Positions 54,885 to 63,377 of a stretch of DNA of 64,000 nt are shown here, piece after piece. How positions within the stretch are numbered: the first letter of the stretch is position 1; every line of letters begins with the position of its first letter. The stretch spans positions 1,549 through 65,548 of the forward strand of contig DASSIS010000007.1 of the NCBI GenBank assembly GCA_035691665.1. The letters run 5' to 3'. Origin of the DNA: Gammaproteobacteria bacterium. Its GTDB lineage: Bacteria; Pseudomonadota; Gammaproteobacteria; Natronospirales; REEB76. The notes beneath the pieces were generated by a model, which saw only the letters and a program-made list of their open reading frames with translations, did no database searches and was not told where the DNA came from. The position numbers and the translations under genes are program-made.

Positions 54885-56417
54885 ATGAAGATTGGGTTCG
54901 CGCTCCCTCTCGCCTGCCTGCTTATCTCCACCGCCGCGACCGCTGCCACGCCGGACTCCACTCAGGACCTCGATACCTACGTGCAGAAAGTCATGGACCA
55001 ATGGCAGGTCCCGGGCCTCGCCATCGCCGTGGTGCAAGACGGCAAGGTCGTCCTGGCCAAGGGTTATGGCCTGCGCGAGCTCGGCAAGCCCGGAAAGGTG
55101 GACGCCGACACCCTCTTCGACATCGCCTCCAACACCAAGGCCTTCACCGCTGCGGCCCTAGGCACCCTCGTCTCCTCCGGCAAGCTGAGTTGGGACGCTC
55201 ATGTAGTCGACTACGTCAAACCCTTCCGCCTGGGCGATGCCTACGTCACCCAGAACATCACCCTGCGCGACCTTTTGACCCACGACAGCGGTTACTGCGA
55301 CCCGGGCGCCATGTGGTACAGCTCCGATGACACCGATGCCATCGCCCGCCTCCGCTACCAGAAACCGGACTACGGTTTCCGCGCCGAGTTCTGCTACAAC
55401 AACATGCTCTATCTCACCGCCAGCCGTTTCATCCCCGCCGTAACCGGCGAGAGCTGGAACGACTACGTGGCTGAGAAGTTCTTCAAGCCCCTAGGGATGG
55501 ATCGCAGCGTCACCACCACCGCGGCGCTCGCCGCCTCCAGCGACGTCGCCGCACCCCATGCCCTCTTGGACAAGCACGTCGACGTCATCCACGGCTACTG
55601 GCCCGACAACATGGATATCGACGCTCCCGTGGGCGGCATCGACTCCAGCGCCAGCGACATGGGCCGCTGGCTGCTCATGCTCCTGACCGATGGGAGCTAT
55701 GGCGGCAAGGCCGTGCTCCCGCCCGCCGTCCTCGAAGCCATGGAGACCCCGCAGGCCATCATCAAGGCAGACAACGAATCCGGCCGCATCCTGCGCACCT
55801 GGATGCCCGGCGCCACCTTCTATACCTATGGCCTGGGCTTCTTCATCCAGGACTACGCCGGCCACAAACTCGTCTGGCACGCCGGCGACATAGACGGCAT
55901 GGCCTCTGCTCTCGCCATGGTGCCGGACGCGCACTTGGGGGTAGTCGTGCTCTCCAACCTGGACCACAGCGACGCCCGCTTCGCCATCCTCCAACACATC
56001 CTGCAGGAGCGTTTGGGATTGCCGGCCCAGGACGCGAGCGACGCCCTCTACGCCGAAAGCCAGAAAGCCATCCAGGATGGCGAGGCCGAAGACAAGAAAC
56101 TCGCCGACACCAGGAAACCCGGGGCCAAGGCACCACTCCCCCTGACCGACTACACCGGCCTATACCGGGACGATTTCGACGGCAGCGCCGAGGTCACCGA
56201 AGAGGGCGGCCACCTCGTGCTCCGTCTCGGCAACCCTGACTTCACGGGAGACCTCGCCCCTTGGCAGGACGACACCTTCCGCGTCACCTGGCGCTATGCC
56301 TTCTACGGCAAGGACTACGTCACCTTCACCCAGGATGCCTACGGCAAGCCGAGCGGCATCAGCTTCGCGGAGACGGGGTTGAAGTTCGAGAAGGTGGAAG
56401 AAGCAGGGAAGCAATAG
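54885..56417 (+). CDS. secreted serine hydrolase (class C beta-lactamase/PBP-like) with C-terminal lipocalin-like domain
   Basis: Signal peptide; SxxK (ASNTKAF), YxN (CYNN), H.G (WHAGD); C-terminal ~120 aa beta domain (DUF3471-like). Confidence 0.8.
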   Translation: MKIGFALPLACLLISTAATAATPDSTQDLDTYVQKVMDQWQVPGLAIAVVQDGKVVLAKGYGLRELGKPGKVDADTLFDIASNTKAFTAAALGTLVSSGKLSWDAHVVDYVKPFRLGDAYVTQNITLRDLLTHDSGYCDPGAMWYSSDDTDAIARLRYQKPDYGFRAEFCYNNMLYLTASRFIPAVTGESWNDYVAEKFFKPLGMDRSVTTTAALAASSDVAAPHALLDKHVDVIHGYWPDNMDIDAPVGGIDSSASDMGRWLLMLLTDGSYGGKAVLPPAVLEAMETPQAIIKADNESGRILRTWMPGATFYTYGLGFFIQDYAGHKLVWHAGDIDGMASALAMVPDAHLGVVVLSNLDHSDARFAILQHILQERLGLPAQDASDALYAESQKAIQDGEAEDKKLADTRKPGAKAPLPLTDYTGLYRDDFDGSAEVTEEGGHLVLRLGNPDFTGDLAPWQDDTFRVTWRYAFYGKDYVTFTQDAYGKPSGISFAETGLKFEKVEEAGKQ

Positions 56418-56504
56418 GGCTGGTCGCTCGAAAGATGCTGCTCCCGCACATTTTTTGGGAAAAGAGGCCTATGCTTAAGGCATGACACCCAGGGGAGGTG
56501 TTTC

Positions 56505-56759
56505 ATGACCCGGCACCCGTTCAACGGCAACATCGAAGGCAAGAAGGGCGTCACCAGCACCCTGCACTACCAGGGCATCGTCGAGATCGTGGAAGACCGG
56601 AAAGCCGGGCGCTTCCATGCCTCTTACGGGATTTATCTGCATAATGGCCGCGGCCATCGCACCAGCGAGGAGAAGCGGGTCACGGTCGTGGGCGAGTTCA
56701 ACACCGAGCAGGAAGCGCTGCAGACCGCCCTGGAGCAGGCGGGAAAATACTTCCGGTAA
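56505..56759 (+). CDS. hypothetical small protein
   Basis: 84 aa, no motif recognised. Confidence 0.35.
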   Translation: MTRHPFNGNIEGKKGVTSTLHYQGIVEIVEDRKAGRFHASYGIYLHNGRGHRTSEEKRVTVVGEFNTEQEALQTALEQAGKYFR

Positions 56760-56976
56760 GAGTGATTGAAGGGATGGCTACTCGGACATGGGCACGGTAT
56801 TTGCCTCCATCTGGCCCTTGAAAACCTGCAATTTAGGGTGAGGAACGCCTTATGTACCCTCCGGAAGATACCTGACGGGCGAAAAATGTGCCCTGCATAT
56901 GGCGACGACCGTGGACAAGTGCTAGTTTTTTAAGAAGCCGGTCATCGACTGTTTGCCTGGTCGACGTTTCGTGTCT

Positions 56977-57360
56977 ATGACCTTATATGACCGCACGGGC
57001 GTTGCCGCCGCGTATAGCGACGACGATATGCATGTGTTCCTGTTCGGCGGCGAATCGGTCGCCTACCTGGACGCCGATGCCCTTTACACCTACCGTGGCG
57101 AGCTGATGGGCTGGTTCGAGGACGGCTGGCTGCGCGACAAGGATGGCCATTGTGTGGCTTTTTCCGAACGAGCGAAGGGAGGCCCGCCGCATTCCGTGCA
57201 TGGGGAGAGGCCGTATCAGTCGGCTAAGCATGCCATCCCCACCCTGGAGCGCCAGGATCCGCGTTCATTGCGGCCGATCCATTCCAACGCCTGGTCCACA
57301 CAGAGTGCGTCCGAATTCTTCTCGCGGCTGCGGCACGGCTGGCCCGGCGGAATCACTTAG
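56977..57360 (+). CDS. 4-fold beta-flower-like protein
   Basis: MTLYDRTGVAAAYSDDDMHVFLFGGESVAYLDADALYTYRGELMGWFEDGWLRDKDGHCVAF repeated beta-hairpin pattern. Confidence 0.5.
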   Translation: MTLYDRTGVAAAYSDDDMHVFLFGGESVAYLDADALYTYRGELMGWFEDGWLRDKDGHCVAFSERAKGGPPHSVHGERPYQSAKHAIPTLERQDPRSLRPIHSNAWSTQSASEFFSRLRHGWPGGIT

Positions 57361-57405
57361 CGGGCGGGATGAGATCATCCTCCACCACCCTTAGCACACT
57401 TATAC

Positions 57406-57513
57406 CTAGCGCCGCTTCCCGAATATCTTCTTCCAGGCTTTCTCGAACTCATCCGGGTGGGTGATGGAAGCGAGGTCTTTGGCACTCAGCTCCCCTTCTC
57501 CCGCCGCCCCTCC
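57406..57513 (-). pseudogene. remnant of a second scaffold-gene 3' end
   Basis: Hand translation GGAAGEGELSAKDLASITHPDEFEKAWKKIFGKRR* versus the intact scaffold C-terminus GGTAGDGEISAKDLAGITDPDEFEKAWKKVFGKRR* (58255-58362). Confidence 0.8.
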
Positions 57514-58136
57514 CTATCAGTCGCTACTGCAGACCGCAGGCGGTTCATCTCTCCCCGGCAGGCGGCCAGCACGATGCCGGGCTCGATGAGTGCGTCGATG
57601 ATGAAGTGCGCCGCGATGCAGGGCATGAGCAGCCGTCCTGAGGCGAGGTAGACCACCGCCAGCGCCGCGCCCAACACGCCGGTCACGAACGTCGCACCCA
57701 GTGTGGCTCGCAGGCTCTTGCCGAAGAGCCCCCAGATGCCGTGCGCGAGACCGAAGGTGAGGCCCGAGAGCAGTATCTGCACCGCCACGCTGGATCCCTG
57801 CCTCGCCAGGTGGTCCATCAACGCCCCGCGGAACACCGCTTCCTCGAGTATCCCGGCGAAGAGCGCCATGGGCAGCGCCAGGAGCTTGAGCATGGAGGGC
57901 CGGACCAGGTTTGCCCGTACCGAGGGCAGGTGCAGACTGGAAACGACGTAAGCCACCGTCACTGCCAAGGCCAGGAGCCACCCGAGGGCTGCACCGTGCC
58001 GCCCATCGGCGAAACCGATGTAAGCCATGAACTTCGCCGGGGATCCGAGGAAGCTCAACATCACGATCGCCCCTTCTGAGACCATGAACCCGGCCAGTAT
58101 CAGGGCGGCCTTCTTCTCCACGCTCATCTTCGCCAT
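57486..58136 (-). CDS. CPBP family intramembrane glutamic endopeptidase (Abi/CAAX-type, immunity-like)
   Basis: EEAVFRG, FGLAHG, AAHFIIDA motifs; 6 TM; its 3' end reads into the scaffold remnant in another frame. Confidence 0.8.
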   Translation of the reverse strand: MAKMSVEKKAALILAGFMVSEGAIVMLSFLGSPAKFMAYIGFADGRHGAALGWLLALAVTVAYVVSSLHLPSVRANLVRPSMLKLLALPMALFAGILEEAVFRGALMDHLARQGSSVAVQILLSGLTFGLAHGIWGLFGKSLRATLGATFVTGVLGAALAVVYLASGRLLMPCIAAHFIIDALIEPGIVLAACRGEMNRLRSAVATDREGRREKGS

Positions 58137-58254
58137 ATGCTTTCCCCTTTACGTTGTTATTGGAGGCCAGAGGGGAGCATGCCACCTCTCCCGCTGGCCG
58201 CGGCAGGATAAATCATCACTACATGAAGATGACACCTGTCATCGACAACAGGGT

Positions 58255-59160
58255 TTAGCGTCGCTTCCCAAACACCTTCTTCCAGGCCTTCTCGAACTCA
58301 TCCGGATCCGTGATCCCGGCCAAGTCTTTGGCGGAAATTTCGCCATCTCCTGCGGTACCCCCCTGGTTCAGCTTCGCCCCGGCCGCTTGTAGCCCCGCCG
58401 CGATCTTCGCCTGCGCCTCTTCGCTCCCGGTCGCCCGTTTGTTCTTTTGCGCGAACCCCCTTGCCTGGGCGTATTCCCATACCAGCTCCGCCGGATTCCG
58501 TCCCTGCTGCAGCGCGTTGTGGATGATCTCCGTCGTGTTCTGCCGCACGATGGCCGCCCGCTGCGCCGGGTCCGCATACCCTAAGCTTTGGAGCTCCCTG
58601 TCCCGCGCTTCTGCGGCGTAGCGGTAAGCCTCGGGATACTCCGGCTGGCTCTTGGCGAACTCCTGCTCCTGGGCCGTGGCCCAGTGAGCGGTCTGCTGCA
58701 CCGCCGCCCGTTGCTGGGCAGCCTGCTCCTGCTGCTGGCGCCATTGCTGTAGCTCGGCGGTCGTGGATTGTACGTTGCCGAGCACGTGGTTGATGTAGTC
58801 CAGGGGCTTGGTCTGCGGATCCGGCAGAGGCGCGGCCGCCTGGGCCGGGAACGGTTGCAGCCGCTGCGCGAGCTGCGCCTGCCACTCCCGGTAGGCCCTG
58901 AGCTCGTCCCTAAGCTGCTTCTTCTCCGCCCGCTCCTGCTGCAAGGCCTGTAGCGGCACGAACTTCTCCTGCTTGTTCGTTCTCTCTACTCCGGGTTCCG
59001 GTGCCTCCGCCTTCACCGGCTCTTTAGCCGCATCTGCGGCTGTTTCTGGCGTGGCTTCCGGCCGCTCCGGCAAGCCTTCGGAGAGCGCAGGACCCATCTC
59101 CTGACCTCTGCTCTCGAAGAACTTCGTCTCCGCTTCGTTCAACTGTGGCATCGCATTCAT
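58255..59160 (-). CDS. phage scaffolding protein
   Basis: 301 aa, Ala/Gln/Glu-rich helical; the product of an upstream-of-MCP head-module gene. Confidence 0.6.
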   Translation of the reverse strand: MNAMPQLNEAETKFFESRGQEMGPALSEGLPERPEATPETAADAAKEPVKAEAPEPGVERTNKQEKFVPLQALQQERAEKKQLRDELRAYREWQAQLAQRLQPFPAQAAAPLPDPQTKPLDYINHVLGNVQSTTAELQQWRQQQEQAAQQRAAVQQTAHWATAQEQEFAKSQPEYPEAYRYAAEARDRELQSLGYADPAQRAAIVRQNTTEIIHNALQQGRNPAELVWEYAQARGFAQKNKRATGSEEAQAKIAAGLQAAGAKLNQGGTAGDGEISAKDLAGITDPDEFEKAWKKVFGKRR

Positions 59161-59375
59161 CGTGTCTCCTTATGATTTAGGGTCTGGAAATGGGAAATCC
59201 GGCACGCGCCAAGCCTGGCAGGGGCTTCGCGGCGTGCAGTCGCCATCGGCGTACGCGTGCTAGACTGACATCGTCGGTGCGGGGGCTTCGCTCAGGGGCG
59301 CAGGCATCATCACCGGATCGTCACGTTAACCTAAGGTGAAAACTGTCCGCTCTTCGGCGTCCAGGGAGTGGCCTT

Positions 59376-60623
59376 ATGTCGAACGAACTGCAGAGTGTCC
59401 CGGTCTCCGAGCTCGAACTCGGCATGTACGTCGCCAAGCTCGACCGGCCGTGGACCGACACCCCCTTCCTGTTCCAGGGCTTCTTCCTCCATCACGACGA
59501 CGAGCTGGACCTCATCAGGCGCTACTGCAAGCACGTCTTCATCGACGTCACCCGCGGGGCCGCCCCGCAAGCGGAAGAGTCGCGCACCATCACCCGCGTC
59601 ACCAACCTGCGTGGGCCCACGCCCGAACCCAAGCCCGCTCCCGCCGGCCGCCAGCGCATCACCTACGAGCGCACCGCGGCGGTCGAAAACGAGATGCCGA
59701 CCGCCCGCGCCATCTACGACGACACCGCCGCGGCCGCCAAGAACGTCGTCCGTCATCTGCAGGAGACCGGCCATCTCAACATCGACATGGCCCAGCAGGT
59801 CGTCACCCAGGTCATGGACAGCGTGCTGCGCAACCCGGACGCCATGACCTGGCTCGCGCGCATGAAGACCCACGACGAGTACGTCTACCAGCACTCCGTG
59901 AACTCCTGCATCTGGGGCCTCGCCTTCGGCCGGCATCTGGGTCTCGACCGGCAGGCGATCTACGAGATCGGCCTCGGCAGCATGCTCCAGGACGTGGGCA
60001 AGACCCGCCTGCCCTCCCAGTTGCTGGCCAAGACCGGCAAGCTGTCGGAGACTGAGCTTCGCGTCATCCGCTCCCACGTGGAGCACAGCGTCGCCATCAT
60101 GCGCAACACCCCCGGCGTCACCCCGCGCATGCTCGACATGGCGCAATCCCATCATGAGCGGTTCGACGGCAGCGGCTACCCGGCGGGGCTGAAAGGCAAT
60201 GAGATCCCCACCTTCGCCAAGATCGGCGCCATGGTGGACTGCTACGACGCCCTCATCAGCCCCCGGCCCTATGCGGTGCAGCTCACGCCGCACCAGGCGC
60301 TGCGCGAGATCTATACCTGGCGCGGGAACCTGTTCCAGCCTGAGGTCGTCGAGCAGTTCATGCAGGTAGTGGGCGTCTTCCCCACCGGCAGCGTCGTCGA
60401 GCTCAACACCGGCGCGGTCGGCGTGGTCATCTCCCAGAACGAGACCCGGCGCCTGCGGCCGCGCCTCATGCTGATCCTGGACCCGAAGAAGAGGCGCCTG
60501 CCACGCTTCGAGACCGTGGACCTGTTCCAGGATCAGGAGTGGTCCAACACCGAGAAATACTGGATCGAGAAACACGTGGACGCCGCTGCCTACGGCATCG
60601 ACCCCCAGTCGCTCTACCTCTGA
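59376..60623 (+). CDS. HD-GYP domain c-di-GMP phosphodiesterase with DUF3391-like N-terminus
   Basis: ELELGMYVAKLDRPW N-terminus; HDEYVYQHS..; HHERFDGSGYPAGL. Confidence 0.85.
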   Translation: MSNELQSVPVSELELGMYVAKLDRPWTDTPFLFQGFFLHHDDELDLIRRYCKHVFIDVTRGAAPQAEESRTITRVTNLRGPTPEPKPAPAGRQRITYERTAAVENEMPTARAIYDDTAAAAKNVVRHLQETGHLNIDMAQQVVTQVMDSVLRNPDAMTWLARMKTHDEYVYQHSVNSCIWGLAFGRHLGLDRQAIYEIGLGSMLQDVGKTRLPSQLLAKTGKLSETELRVIRSHVEHSVAIMRNTPGVTPRMLDMAQSHHERFDGSGYPAGLKGNEIPTFAKIGAMVDCYDALISPRPYAVQLTPHQALREIYTWRGNLFQPEVVEQFMQVVGVFPTGSVVELNTGAVGVVISQNETRRLRPRLMLILDPKKRRLPRFETVDLFQDQEWSNTEKYWIEKHVDAAAYGIDPQSLYL

Positions 60624-60641
60624 GCGCGGACACCGGGCGCC

Positions 60642-61928
60642 ATGGGCGACAACATCCTCTCGCTCCGGCCCAACCGGTCGCTGCTGCTGCGTTACCTCGA
60701 GTCGCACCTCGAGCAGACGCACCGCGACGACGAGCAACTGGCCTTGCTCATGATCCAGATCCAGCGCGGTGCTGAGCTCTCCACCCTGTTCACCGCCCAA
60801 TCCACCGAAGCCCTGTTGGAGCAGTTCGCTGCCCGCCTCGAAGGGGTCTGCCGCAAGCAGGATCGCATCGCGCGCACCAGCAACACCGCCTTCGCCATGT
60901 ACCTGCCGGGCATCCTCAACGAAGGCCATGCCATGCTCGCGGCCAACAAGGTCATGCTCTCGCTGGCGCAGCCGTTCGCCGCCGAGGGCCGTAGCTTGCA
61001 GGCAGAGGTGAAGATCGGCATCGCGCTCTTCCCCGATCACGCCGCGAAAGCCGAGACCCTGGTGCAATGCGCCGAATCCGCGCTCGGCGCAGCCAAGGCC
61101 GGCAAGCTTCCTTATACCGTCTATTCCGGCGGCTCCCTCGACCGTATAGGGGAGTCCTGGGACATGGAGGGCGCCATCGACGCCGGGCTCAAGAACGGCG
61201 AGTTCGAGGTCCACTACCAGCCGAAGATAGATCTGCGCAATCGGCGCCTGGCCGGTGCCGAGGCGCTGGTGCGCTGGCGTCATCCCGAGCGCGGTCTCAT
61301 ACCGCCGGACGACTTCCTGCCGGTCGCCTCACGCACCGGCAAGCTCGCCTCGCTCACCTGGTCCGTGATCAACATGGCCTTGGAGAATGCCTCCCGCTGG
61401 CCCCGAGCTGCCGGGCCGCTCACCGTCGCGGTCAACATAGACCCGGCACTGCTCGACGAGGCCCTGGTGGGCCGGATCGCCGACGCCCTCGCCCTGTGGG
61501 GCACGCCGTCGGGAGCGTTCATCCTCGAAATCACCGAGACCGGCGTGATGCAGCAGCCCGAGCGGGGCTTCGCCACCCTCAAGCGGTTGCGCGACCGGGG
61601 CGTGCGCATCTGCGTGGACGACTTCGGCACCGGTTATTCCTCCCTGAGCAACTTCCGCCATATCCCGGCGAATGCGCTCAAGATCGACCGTAGCTTCGTC
61701 ACCCGGCTGCTCACCGACGAATTCGACGCGCGCATCGTGCGCAGCATCATCGGCCTGGCCAGGGCCTTCGACCTCGAGGCTGCCGCCGCCGGCGCCGAGA
61801 ACTTCTCCATCCTCGGCAAGCTCGCGGCCCTGGGCTGCGACTACGCCCAGGGATACTGCGTCAGCCCGCCGCTCCCCACCGACGCCTTCGCGGCGCTGGC
61901 CGTGGAATACGAACCCGTAGTGTTCTGA
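60642..61928 (+). CDS. degenerate GGDEF - EAL protein with altered EAL C-terminal motif
   Basis: GGDEF position reads SNTAFAM; EALVRWRHPE and DDFGTGYSSL present; the usual AEGVET reads AAGAEN. Confidence 0.8.
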   Translation: MGDNILSLRPNRSLLLRYLESHLEQTHRDDEQLALLMIQIQRGAELSTLFTAQSTEALLEQFAARLEGVCRKQDRIARTSNTAFAMYLPGILNEGHAMLAANKVMLSLAQPFAAEGRSLQAEVKIGIALFPDHAAKAETLVQCAESALGAAKAGKLPYTVYSGGSLDRIGESWDMEGAIDAGLKNGEFEVHYQPKIDLRNRRLAGAEALVRWRHPERGLIPPDDFLPVASRTGKLASLTWSVINMALENASRWPRAAGPLTVAVNIDPALLDEALVGRIADALALWGTPSGAFILEITETGVMQQPERGFATLKRLRDRGVRICVDDFGTGYSSLSNFRHIPANALKIDRSFVTRLLTDEFDARIVRSIIGLARAFDLEAAAAGAENFSILGKLAALGCDYAQGYCVSPPLPTDAFAALAVEYEPVVF

Positions 61929-61957
61929 ACCCGCCCCGAAACCCATAGGAGCCGATC

Positions 61958-62311
61958 GTGGAAAAAGGCCGGTTGTTCGTACATGACATCGACAGCGCCG
62001 TCTGCGCGTTCTGTCCCTACGGCACCGAGTTCGCCCGCGGCGACCATATCCTCATCTACGACGAGAAGACCGTGTTCGGCCGCCAGACCCGCGAGCGTCC
62101 GGTGGTGGTCACGGCCGTGAAGCTGTTCCGTTCCACCGGGCGCCAGATCACCCTCGAACTCATGATGATCTCCGACGCCGAAGCCGCGCAGATAGCTGAA
62201 GACAGCGACCTCACCGTGGACATCCTGCTCGCCCACCGCGCCGGCGTCGGCAACTTCGACCCTAAGCGCCCGCCCGTGGTCGTGTACTTCGCGCCCGATG
62301 GAGCGGACTGA
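61958..62311 (+). CDS. hypothetical small protein
   Basis: 117 aa GTG start; no motif recognised; followed by a terminator. Confidence 0.4.
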   Translation: MEKGRLFVHDIDSAVCAFCPYGTEFARGDHILIYDEKTVFGRQTRERPVVVTAVKLFRSTGRQITLELMMISDAEAAQIAEDSDLTVDILLAHRAGVGNFDPKRPPVVVYFAPDGAD

Positions 62312-62322
62312 GCATCCACCCC

Positions 62323-62350
62323 AAAAAACCCCGCGTGGAGCGGGGTTTTT
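62323..62350 (+). terminator. intrinsic terminator
   Basis: AAAAACCCCGC-gtgga-GCGGGGTTTTT. Confidence 0.8.
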
Positions 62351-62488
62351 ACGGGTCTGTGCCAGAGCGCTTCTGTCTATAGGGTAAATACCCCGGCCGG
62401 ATTAGTGTCTTCACCCAATAGATTGTGTACAAAACAATACGGAGAATTATGGCATCCCGATGTCAGGGGTATTACCGGTTTCATCCTG

Positions 62489-63169
62489 ATGCCTTCCGCA
62501 GATTCCGTCTTCGAAGAAGTCCCCAATTCCAAGCGCGGTGTGGCACTGGCGGGCAGCCGTCAGCTCGGCGTAAACCAACAGATCCTCGAGGTGGCCAAGC
62601 ACCTCTTCGCCCGTTACGGATACGAAGGCACGAGCCTGGCCGCCATCGCCCATGGCGCCGGTATCACCCTTGAGGAATTGTCGGATCATTTCTCCGACAA
62701 GCTCGGCATCCTCACGGCGATCTTCGAAGAAGGTTGGGCGGGCATCAACGAGCGTCTTCAGGACATCGTCATCAACTCCCTCAACGCCCGCGAAGCGACG
62801 CTCTCCATGATGGCCGTCATGATGCGCATCCTGGACCGGGATGGGGACCTGGCGCGGCTGCTCCTGTTCGAGTCCCGCCGACCACATCCAGGGACCGGCG
62901 AGATCATGCTCTCCCAGGGCTATCGCTGGTTCGCCCGGCTCTGCGTGGAGTTGGCCGTCCGCGGCCAGAAAGACGGCAGCTTCCGCGCCTCCTTCAACCC
63001 ACGTGCCATCGCCTCCATGGTCTCCGGTGCCCTGGAAGGCCTCATGCGCGACCGCTGTCTCGCCGAGGAGCAGGGCCACACCATGCCGCTCAACGGCGCC
63101 GAACTCATGACCGCCTTCGACGCCCTGGTCACCTACTTGGGTCCGGAGCGGTACCACGCGAAGTCCTGA
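62489..63169 (+). CDS. TetR/AcrR family transcriptional regulator
   Basis: ILEVAKHLFARYGYEGTSLAAIAHGAGITLEELSDHFSDKLGIL HTH; start trimmed to ATG 62489. Confidence 0.8.
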   Translation: MPSADSVFEEVPNSKRGVALAGSRQLGVNQQILEVAKHLFARYGYEGTSLAAIAHGAGITLEELSDHFSDKLGILTAIFEEGWAGINERLQDIVINSLNAREATLSMMAVMMRILDRDGDLARLLLFESRRPHPGTGEIMLSQGYRWFARLCVELAVRGQKDGSFRASFNPRAIASMVSGALEGLMRDRCLAEEQGHTMPLNGAELMTAFDALVTYLGPERYHAKS

Positions 63170-63211
63170 CGCCCGATCGAACCGTGACGCCGGGTCCATA
63201 CCATTCGTGTG

Positions 63212-63238
63212 AAAAAAAGCCCCGCGCTTAGCGGGGCT
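63212..63238 (-). terminator. intrinsic terminator (minus strand, after the kinase gene)
   Basis: AGCCCCGC-gctta-GCGGGGCT preceded on the plus strand by A7 (T-run on minus). Confidence 0.7.
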
Positions 63239-63377
63239 CAACATGGGGTATCTCCGGAACCCACTCAACATAGGTTCACTTGAAGCATAGCCCGCGTCAG
63301 GAAGAAGTGGGCCTGTCACACGATTACATTTTGTATACGTCATTCAGCGTATACGTTACTTGGCGTTACAGATCCCG

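Larger units (their letters stand above)
38498..59160 (-). mobile_element. defective podovirus-like prophage (late region only) with multiple morons
   Basis: Minus-strand order: scaffold, N4-gp56-type MCP, decoration, adaptor-like, tail hub-like, ejection-like, tail fibre, holin/endolysin/spanins. No portal, terminase, integrase or tRNA in the window. Several visibly lower-GC inserts. Confidence 0.8.

Noticed and set aside
59161-59375. Repeated GGGGCTTCGC motifs near the right prophage border as possible att site
   Set aside because: The motifs are only ~10 nt long. I found no matching sequence at the left border (38452-38497), so this is insufficient to call attL/attR.
59331-61283. 650-aa minus-strand ORF, the longest ORF in this region
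   Set aside because: It is antisense to the HD-GYP and GGDEF-EAL genes, which have clear catalytic motifs. Its translation is low-complexity Gly/Ala/Arg/Val-rich with no motifs, as expected of a mirror-frame ORF in high-GC DNA.
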